From Rhizophagus irregularis (taxonomy: Eukaryota), in assembly GCF_026210795.1 (NCBI RefSeq), contig NC_089434.1, positions 806,001 through 870,000 of the forward strand: a stretch of 64,000 nt of DNA. Direction: 5' to 3'. The translations under genes and the position numbers were made by a program. Below the pieces are notes generated by a model. The model had not been told where the DNA came from, searched no databases, and saw only the letters and a list, made by a program, of their open reading frames with translations. Of the stretch, positions 55,010-64,000 are shown piece after piece; position 1 is the stretch's first letter, and the number at the start of each line of letters is the position of its first letter.

Positions 55010-55345
55010 CAGTCGCCACTGGATATAACGAACCTGGATATACCGAAAACTCGTTTTATCGAACCAAATAGTGCGGAACCGATTTTCTTATAATTAATTA
55101 CACTGGATATAACAAAATTATATAGTAAAATGCTACGTGTTTATTGATCAAATGTATTGATACCGAATGATCACGTGAATTAAATTGGTATAGGATAATC
55201 ATTTACGCGGATAATCTTTGAACACAATATAATATGACGTGCAAAACTTTAAATAATTTTTTAATCATGTGACTTGATTTTATTGGTAGAATCTATATAC
55301 CGAACTATAGATTAAAGTATTATATAACGAATTCACCCTATACCG
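55010..55345. mobile_element. Tc1/pogo-like MITE fragment replacing the 5' part of copy E
   Basis: TA-CAGTCG start and repeated GGATATA(A/C)CGAA motifs. Right TIR not found. Confidence 0.45.
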
Positions 55346-55862
55346 GAGAAAATGAAGAAATCTATGAATTGGTAAAACGAATTTAAAAGACTGAAAGAAG
55401 ATAATCAAGAAATTGCAAGAGGCTATAAGAGCAACGGTCACATTGAAAAAATTTTGAGGTATGGTGAATTTAAGTATTGTTTTTTTTTTAACAACGAAAA
55501 TACTATGAGATTTATAATTATTAATTTATATATTTATTTTTTTTTCTTTCAAATTAGTTCTGATCAAATAGGCCCTGCTGACCTGCTCAATCGAGTAGAT
55601 TTTTAATCTTTGTGATAAAAAAATTCAAAAAATTGACAATTCGGCGACAGAATTGATAGAGAAGGTTAAAACTGATTATAAAGAACGAATCAATCAAATT
55701 ACTCAATATCACTCTGAACTTATAAAAAATATTAATGAAACCAGTAAACAGATTAATGAAACTAATAAGATGTGTGAAGAGTTCAGAAAATTTAATTATC
55801 TGTTAGAAACTACCATATATTATCATTTTAAAAGCCGAAGCGTGGTATCTTTCATTATTTAA
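55345..55862 (+). pseudogene. Family copy E, 5'-truncated pseudogene closest to copy G
   Basis: ENEEIYELVKRI*..NQEIARGYKSNGH. Intron nearly identical to that of copy G. Exon 2 has an indel. Confidence 0.75.
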
Positions 55863-56544
55863 TCTATTAAAGTTTAGACCTTTAAAAAGATTCTTTATTT
55901 TAAAATTACGACTGTCATCCAACATAAACGGCCCTTAATTTAGACGAATTTAATATGCTATTCGGCATTATATCGGGCCGATATGTGTTCAAAATCCTAA
56001 ATTATTGGAGCATATACGTAACTACACTTCCATTCTGAATTTCTGATCACATGCATGCAAAGTCTGTCAACTGAGTCACGTGAATTTGCAAAAATAGGAA
56101 ATATTCTTATCGAACATTTAATTCTGGCTGGAGTACAGTTGACCAAAAGTAATTTAGTCAGCTATTTGAGAAATTTCGACAATGGTTAGAATTTTGGATT
56201 TTGGTAACTATATAGTCGCTCTGGATACTGAAAAATTCGTTCATTGATAACGTTACAGATTTGATGATCACTCATTTCACTCAATGAATAAAAGTGCCAT
56301 AAAATGCTCATTTTATATTATAGGGCGCTACGATTGCAGCATATTGCATGTTAGGCGTAAACCTAAATTTTTCCGGTTTTTGAACTTGATTTCTTCCTGT
56401 TTTATAACTTTCATTTATTTCGTAACACAAAGTTATCGAATAAATAGAATTGAAAATCCATTTTACATTTTTAACAAAGAAAAAAAATCGATAATTTTAT
56501 ATACATATATTTATATATATACATACTTTTATATTCGAAAATAA

Positions 56545-56953
56545 ATGCCACCAATAAGTAAGATGTCTCAAGATTCTGCAAGAGGTCGTAGGAATGACGG
56601 TGACGTTGAAATGAATTTAAAGTATTACGATTTAAATCCTTTTTATTTTTTAAAAATGCGTTATTAAAAAAAATTTACAAATTGTTTTTTTTCATTTTAG
56701 CACTGATCAAATAACAACTGAAATACTCACCGGTCGAACAGGAATACTCTGTTCAATTGAGGAAATTGATAATCTTTGTAACGAAAAAGTTCAAAAAGTT
56801 AAACTTATTGCGGATAAATCGATAGAAGCGATTGAAGCTGGTCGTAAAAAACAAACCGATCAAATTTCTCACCTTCGGGCCGAACTAATAAATACGATTA
56901 TAGAAGCAAAAAATAAGATTAATAAAATATGTGAAGAGTTGAAAAAATATTAG
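56545..56953 (+). CDS. Family copy F: 109-aa short form lacking the Myb-like domain
   Basis: Exons 56545-56621 (77 nt) and 56701-56953. MPPISKMSQDSARGRRNDGDVEMNLN-TDQITTEILTGRTGILCSIEEIDNLCNEK...LKKY*. Absent from the ORF track. Confidence 0.8.
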
Positions 56954-57537
56954 TGATTGACCGAGAAACTTATATTATTTTTATAGACCAAAGAAGAATA
57001 AATGTATTATTAGTTTATATAATTTTAACAAAATGAGTGTGTGTATTTATTAAATAAAAATTAAATTCTTCATCCTTTCAAGCCTTTATTTTATGTTTTA
57101 TAAAATTTTATAATCGAAAGTCGTAATTGTACATCGTGACAAATAATGTGATATCCAATTTAAAGTGGGTTAAAACCGGTAAAAAGACAATCATTAAATT
57201 CTGAGTTGATTGTTTTCTATCATACCCATACTTCTATACTTTAAGAAATATACTATCCTTTTTTATTTAAGTTCGTATCATAAGGCGGAGTTTGCAGCCA
57301 ACTTTCGTATAATCACTCAATGAATTAATCATGACACAACATATTTTTCTTGCATTTGATTGATTCCAAATTTAAAGATGTCGATCAGATAAATAGTATT
57401 GAAAACTCCTTAAATTCCTTTCACTTGACAAAAAAGAAAGAAAAAAAAAGTTTAAAATCGATTAATTTTATTCTTCACGATATTTTTAACAAAAAAAAAA
57501 AAAAAAAAATTTCTTAATTTTTTTTTTGAAAAAAAAA

Positions 57538-58252
57538 ATGCTATCATTAATAAATAATATGAATAAGACACCACAAGAAATACGTTGGAAACCCAAAGAT
57601 CTCGCTCGCATCTTATATTACATTAATGATCATTTTGATGAATGGTATAATGATAATTATAACTTTTGTGTCAAAGCAAAAGAAAATACCGGCGTTATTT
57701 GGGACGCTAGATCAATTTATAATATGGTTCATACCCTGTTTAAGGTCACAGAAGATTATCTTAAGGTAGGTACTAAGTCAACAACATGCACCATTATCTG
57801 GGAAAATAGAGAAATCTACGATTTGATGAAACAAATTTACATGAGGACTAATAAAAGAATGAAAGAAAGCAATCAAAGAGTTACAAGAGGCCATAAGAAC
57901 GACGGTCACATTTTAAAGTATGGTGAATTTGTGTATTGTTTCTTTTTAAACAACGAAAATACTATGAGATTTATAATTATTAATTTATATATATATATAT
58001 ATTTTTTTCTTTCAATTTAGTTCTGACCAAATTACAATTGAAGCACTAATGGACAGGCCCTGTTTGATCGAGGAGATTTTTCATCTTTGTGATGAAAAAA
58101 TTCAAAAAGTTGTCAATTCGGCGGCAAAATCGATAGAAAATGCTGAAGCTGAATATAATGAACGAATCAATCAAATTACTCGATATCGGTCTGAACTTAT
58201 AAAAAGGATTAGTGAAACTAATAAGATGTGTGAAGAGTTCAGAAAGTTTTAG
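57538..58252 (+). CDS. Myb/SANT-like plus coiled-coil family, copy G
   Basis: Exons 57538-57917 and 58021-58252 (phase 2). RWKPKDLARILYYI..WDARSIYNMV..IIWEN. Confidence 0.8.
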
Positions 58253-59389
58253 TGTTCTTATATTATAGGCTGAAGCATAGTGTCTTTGAAATTTTAATTT
58301 TCATAATGGATTAGTCCATACAAATTTAACAAAATAAGTTTGGTGTTCCTATAGATATTTCACAAATTTATTTAATTAAAAATTAACTTAAAATTCTTCG
58401 TTCTTTTAATCTTTAAAATTTAGACTTTAATAAAAATATTCTTTTTTTTTTTGTGTTGTAAAAAATGTTTTTTTAACCATGACGCATCGATATAAATCAC
58501 GTGATATTAGCATAATTTGGCCAAAATTTAAACTTTGGCCTAGATTATTTCGAGTTATTTGTATTAAATCGGACCGATAGGTTTTAAATCGGTGGCGTAA
58601 ATTATATAAAATCTTCAATAATTTATATTAACTAGGGAACGGTAACCGTTGGGGAATAACGAAATTATTAACCTTAATTAAACTTAATTAAACACGGGTA
58701 ATTCGAATAAAAAGAATATATATCAAAAAAAAAAATAAAGGATGTTAAACAAAATTATATTATATTACATTTATTTTCGTTACAGTTTGTTTATTTTTCG
58801 AATAAATAGAAAATTGAATATAGTTTTCTGATTATGATTATTAAAAATAAACGGTATATCATAATCATCAAATAAACAATTTTTGTTGTGTAACCGAAAG
58901 AACCAATACGAATGGATGGCCATCGACTCACATTGAGCACGGGACATTCGTGAAACCGACACGAATAGTATATAGTCGAAAATGTACTGTATTTTCAAAT
59001 ATATTATTCATATGGCAGAAATTATTGCCTAACCTGATGGAGTATCTGATAGGCATACCAATGTTACAGCATAACTGATAAGGGTTCATTTTCTAATTCT
59101 TTATTTCCTTTCTTAGTAAAAGAGGAGAAAAAAAATACTTTATATTCCGAGGTGCCAAAATTCAGCCGAATTTCGCACACACCATATCATCAAATGATCT
59201 GCGTAACAGTATTACAAATATCACAGATTTAATGCACACAAAGATGAGACGCCCTGCCCAATAACTATATAATATTTCTTATATTAAAATTTATGATATA
59301 TTATTCTAAAAATTATATATTATTTATTTCTTTATTATCTTTATATTCATTTTTAAATAATCTAGATTTTATGAGTTTTTTTTTTTGAG

Positions 59390-59535
59390 AAAGATAGATT
59401 TTGTAATACATAAAACGATTTACAGCGTATCTTGTGTTACGAAAACTAAGACAAAATTATTTAGACGAAAGATCGAATTTGTAATACATAAACGATTTAC
59501 AATGTGTCTTGTGTTACGGAAAACTAAGACAAAAC
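59390..59535. repeat. Tandem duplication of ~75 bp
   Basis: GAAAGAT..TTTGTAATACATAAA.CGATTTACA..TCTTGTGTTACG.AAAACTAAGACAAAA occurs twice. Confidence 0.8.
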
Positions 59536-60437
59536 TCCGATTCCCTTTCCACGCGTACTTCCCTTTTTTATATACTATTTCTTTGATTCGTATAAGTTAT
59601 CCTTGGTATAAATTATATTGCACTGTATATACTATACAAAATTTAAGTATAACTTACACCCCGGAATATATAAGATATATGCCGATTTCTGTGTTACGCA
59701 GATCAGCTTCGAATAAATGTATAGCAAAAATTCGGCATAAAGCTGACATAATCAAAATGATCGGGCTATTAAATTAACAAAGATATCACGAATTTAAGTT
59801 TTGTGTAACATCATGAAATCTAAAAATTTCCACATTATTAGTAATGCCGCATTAGATGGCATTTAGTATAACTTACACTTTATATAACTTTACACTTTGT
59901 TATACGCATAGAAAAATTAGTATATATAGTATATATAGGCGCGCTGGACGAAGCAGCTAATATCAAAGAGACAGCAATATTGATTTTATCTGTGTATTAC
60001 ATTTATGACTATTTCTATTTGTACACAAGTGTGCGAAACACGGATCACGTGTTTATCATACTCGGTGATCTGCATAAAAGATTTCCTTTTGGGGAAATTT
60101 GTGCAACGAATTTTCAAGTAAAATTGCCTTTTTTGGTTGTGTAACGTTGCCAGATTTCCAAATATGGAAATTCAGTAAATTTTGGCTGGAATTATAAAAT
60201 TTGGCCGAAATTATTGGGCGTGGCATATAATATGTGATAAATAAGGTTTTTCTTACTGAAGAAATTCAAGCCCCTAGAATAAATAGTAAAAATGGAAACT
60301 AAAGGGTGTGACACTGTGACATGGGTGACAAATTAAAGTCACGTGATAAGTATTTCGCACACTAGGTCACTAGTGTATTTTAAGAAATTTTCTACATTTA
60401 TCTGTTATTATTATATATTTCTTATAAACTTTTTTAT

Positions 60438-60602
60438 TAACTCGGAAATGGAAACCGCTGTAAGTCCGGAGCGAAAAAAAAATGAGATTTGCGATTTCAT
60501 TGGATGACGTCACGTGAGGGACAGAAGAGAAACTCACGTGATCTATAATTTTTCATAATGCGTAGACATATATATAGTCCTTCGCTTCGCTCCGGACAAT
60601 AA
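60438..60602 (-). mobile_element. Second HINE/DINE-like element
   Basis: Minus-strand 5' TTATTGTCCGGAGCGAAGCGAAGGAC hairpin, subterminal IR GTCCGGAGCG at 60464, 3' hairpin CGGAAATGGAAACCG. Confidence 0.6.
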
Positions 60603-60928
60603 ACGAAAATCTACACTCTATTCGATAAATTATACTGTTGCTATCACGTGACACCACGCAAACACCACTTGTTTACTGTCTCAAATGATCGCCCAATAAT
60701 TTAGAAAACCATACATTCCAATTTTAACAATTTAGTGGCACCTACATCGCATGTTACATTTTTTAACTATTCTAAATTCCGTAAGGTGGCGAACCACACA
60801 AATTAGATAAATATCCCTACTTTAGATCTTTTTTTTTTTGACAAGAAAACATTTTTTTTACCCACCTAAAATAATATATTTTTTAATCATACTGTATATA
60901 TCAATTTTTCAAATAAATAAAAAAAAAG

Positions 60929-61648
60929 ATGCCTCAAGCTGACAGAATAAAACGCTGGGAAACATCAGAACTAATTAAAATTCTTACATTTCTCAATAAA
61001 AACTTTAACTTATGGTATAAAAACCACCAAGATGCATGTGTGGAGGCCGTAAAAGCCGTTAATATTAACCGAGATGGAAAATCAGTCTATAATAAAGTTC
61101 ATTCTATGATCAAAGCTATGGAGCATTTTCTAAGAACTCGTAGAAAACCAAAGACTTGCTACATTATTCGAGAAAACAGAACTATTCGTGGGTTGGTAAA
61201 AGAAATTTGTTACAAAACTAGAGAAAGAAATGGAAGAGAAAATCAAGATCGTAATAATGACGGTGACATTGAAATGGCTACAAAGTATGATGAATTTTCT
61301 TTCAGTTTTTAAGATAATATTAATTATTAAGCATTAACAACATTATCATTTTATTATTTTACTTATTTTTTTTTCATTTTTAGTAATAATCAACCAACGA
61401 TAACTAGGACATCCCAAAATCGAATTAACGTTCCTCGGATGCCTTTTTCGATTGAGACAATTGACGAGATTTACAACGAACAAATTAAAAGAATTGATCG
61501 TTCGGCGGTAATATCCAAAAACTTGATCGAAGTTAGAAATAGAGAAGTCCGTGATTTATACGAACAAATCTCCAAACGTCGAACAGAACTCATCGAATTA
61601 ATTGAGGAAGCCAATAATAAATTACAAATGTTGAGAGTACTTAGATAA
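60929..61648 (+). CDS. Myb/SANT-like plus coiled-coil family, copy H
   Basis: Exons 60929-61284 and 61384-61648 (phase 2). RWETSELIKILTFL..RDGKSVYNKVHSM; exon 2 PFSIETIDEIYNEQIK. Confidence 0.82.
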
Positions 61649-63575
61649 ATCTTTTGATTTAAATTTTTGATATTCGTATATTTTATATGTACAGTATGTT
61701 TTATATGTAAAAAATATTTTTTTTTTAAAGTTACATTAAACTAAATAAAATTTTATTAATATATGAAAACAATAATAAAAAATTTCACTTCACGTTAATA
61801 CTAAAAAAATTTCTAGTCATGCCTCTATTAAATACACAAATAATTGTGTTTTTTAGAAATATTTGAAGTGAACGCTAGCGGAATACCGTATAGCACTGAC
61901 TAAAGATCCGTACCACTTATTAATATATCTGGGTATAATTACTATAATATGCGAAAAAGTTTTAATTCTGGCAAATTTAGGCCAATTCCGGTCAATTTTA
62001 ATTCAATTTTTTAAATATGGTAAATTGATTTATATCCAGTCACCGCTATACAGTAACGTGTTCTATAATATATCGTTTTATATACAGTATTACATAATTA
62101 TATTTACTCTATTTATATTGTACCATTGGAACCATTGCCGACTATTAGGCGTAGGAACTGCAGATCTAGTGAGTACAAAGTGTTATCTGCATGATTATTT
62201 CCTGAAATTTTAGCAAGGTGGCTGCCGGCTTATCATGAAAATTTTTTTTCTTTTTTTCTTTTTTTTGTTAAAAAAAACAAAGCAAAATTTTAAAATCAAA
62301 TCGCTTATCTTAAAAAGCCCTAACGAAAAAAAGAAAAACAAAAAAGAAAAGGAAAATTTCGGAAACCGATTTTCGATTCTTAAAAAGTTTTCATGAAATT
62401 TGCCGTAACAGTTTCGGAATTCTGTGTACATTGTGATTACTGGGATGATTAGATAATATTATTGCATGGTAACACAACTCTAAAACAGCGATAAATGAGT
62501 TAAAACGTTTATAAAAATGTGACATATTAAATTAATGACTCTATCAATATATGATTATAATTATTTGATATAAACCCTTATTATTGTGGAGCAGCAAATT
62601 TCATGATTTAGAAGCACCAAATGACTCAAACGATAATTATTAAACGACAAAAATTTATCTCGGGAAATCTTTCTTTAAATTCTTTAAATAGATTAAATTT
62701 ACCCTTAAGAGGTAAGTAAGCTGTATTTTTTTTTATTTTCCAAAGTCCGAAAGGTCCGATTACATAACTTTAATAATTCCTTCTCATGTGAATCATATTC
62801 TTGTTTGCATTCTAGTTTTTCATTCAACCTTCTTTATTTGTCGATAAAACAAAGTGAATTTTAAATCGGAATTACCGGATTACTTTGTCTTTATATCCTT
62901 TTTTTTTCTTTGAAAGAAGAATTTCCAACAAAGAAGAAAAAAAAAGGAAACTAAAAAAAGAACAAAACCGTGTCACTATATAAAAGATTTCTGATCTTTT
63001 CTCCAAAAACACCCATCGGCTACTGAATCCAAATTCGTTAATGATAGTTTTCATTATGAGATTTCATTTGGCGTATTTTAATAGCTGATTATATATTTTT
63101 TTATAGTGTACACGAACGTAATATATTATAGGATAATACGGATAACACGTCTGCGATTACGCATCCGGCATTAACAATAAATTTATTACATTATTACGGA
63201 GATACCTTTTTTAATTAAATGATTTAGAAACATCATATGTTGGCACAAAATTTTATAAAGGTATAAACGATAAACATATTATAATTTTTTTTTAATCTTA
63301 ACTCCGATAATCCGGTCTATACAACTTTACTTTTTTAGACATTAGAACAACAATCCTTTACCCCTTTTTTTCATATGTTCACAATAGAAAATTAACAATT
63401 AAAAAATAATAATAATAATGTGTATATATATATATATATATTATTTATTTATTTATAAAAAGAAATAGTCTAATATATTGTCGATAACACGTATTTTTAT
63501 AATATCATTAATTGTAAAAATTCTTCCTTGCGCCCGGTATATGTATAAATAGTAGTATATGTTTGTGCATTGCAA

Positions 63576-63576
<1 letters not shown>

Positions 63577-63624
<48 letters not shown>
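63577..63624. repeat. (AAT)n microsatellite
   Basis: About 16 uninterrupted AAT units. Confidence 0.95.
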
Positions 63625-63627
<3 letters not shown>

Positions 63628-64000
63628 GTAAATAATAAATGAATTTGGCTAGTGAGATGATTTTTTTTTTCCATACAAAATTCTTTTTTTTGTTAATAAA
63701 ACAAAGAAAATTTTTAAAACCGGATTATTGCCCCAACAAAAAAAAAAAAATAAAAAAAAATAATATATCTCGTCAGAACCCTTTATTGTGACAATAACGA
63801 ACATGATCTACCATCACTTCATGTGATATGTAATTTTATGTCGATGATAATCTTAACTATTAATAAAATTAAATCATAATAAAAAATTCATTTTGCATCC
63901 TTTTAAAGAAACTAGATTTAACTATAAAAAGTAAGCATATCAGATTTCATTTTTTCCATTTTTGATTATAAAATTTTTCGACCCTTTTTCTTCACAGATT

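Noticed and set aside
63453..63674. Poly-Ile ORF
   Set aside because: Translation of the (AAT)n microsatellite.

Overview
This is very AT-rich, intron-containing eukaryotic DNA. Its TKL-type kinase, short GT-AG introns and transposon types point to an arbuscular mycorrhizal (Glomeromycotina, Rhizophagus-like) fungus; the organism call is inference. From 2.6 to 19.2 kb a full-length LINE (minus strand, 17-bp TSD) sits beside a near-complete Helitron (RepHel plus a tandem OB-fold gene). Both appear to have inserted into one tiny secreted-peptide gene with KR-DAD (Kex2/Ste13-type) repeats. The 20-36 kb region holds a kinase, a Gpr1/Fun34/YaaH transporter and a pepsin-like protease with no signal peptide and no cysteine. 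The 37-45 kb region is a dense nest of MITEs (hAT, Kolobok-like, Helentron-like) plus a tRNA-headed SINE-like retroposon, followed by a VPS74/GOLPH3 pseudogene at 45.6-47.2 kb. At 31 kb and 50-62 kb are eight copies of a two-exon family encoding a Myb/SANT-like domain plus a coiled coil. Two intact copies have lost the DNA-binding domain in frame and are candidate microProteins. All coordinates and splice models were derived by eye.
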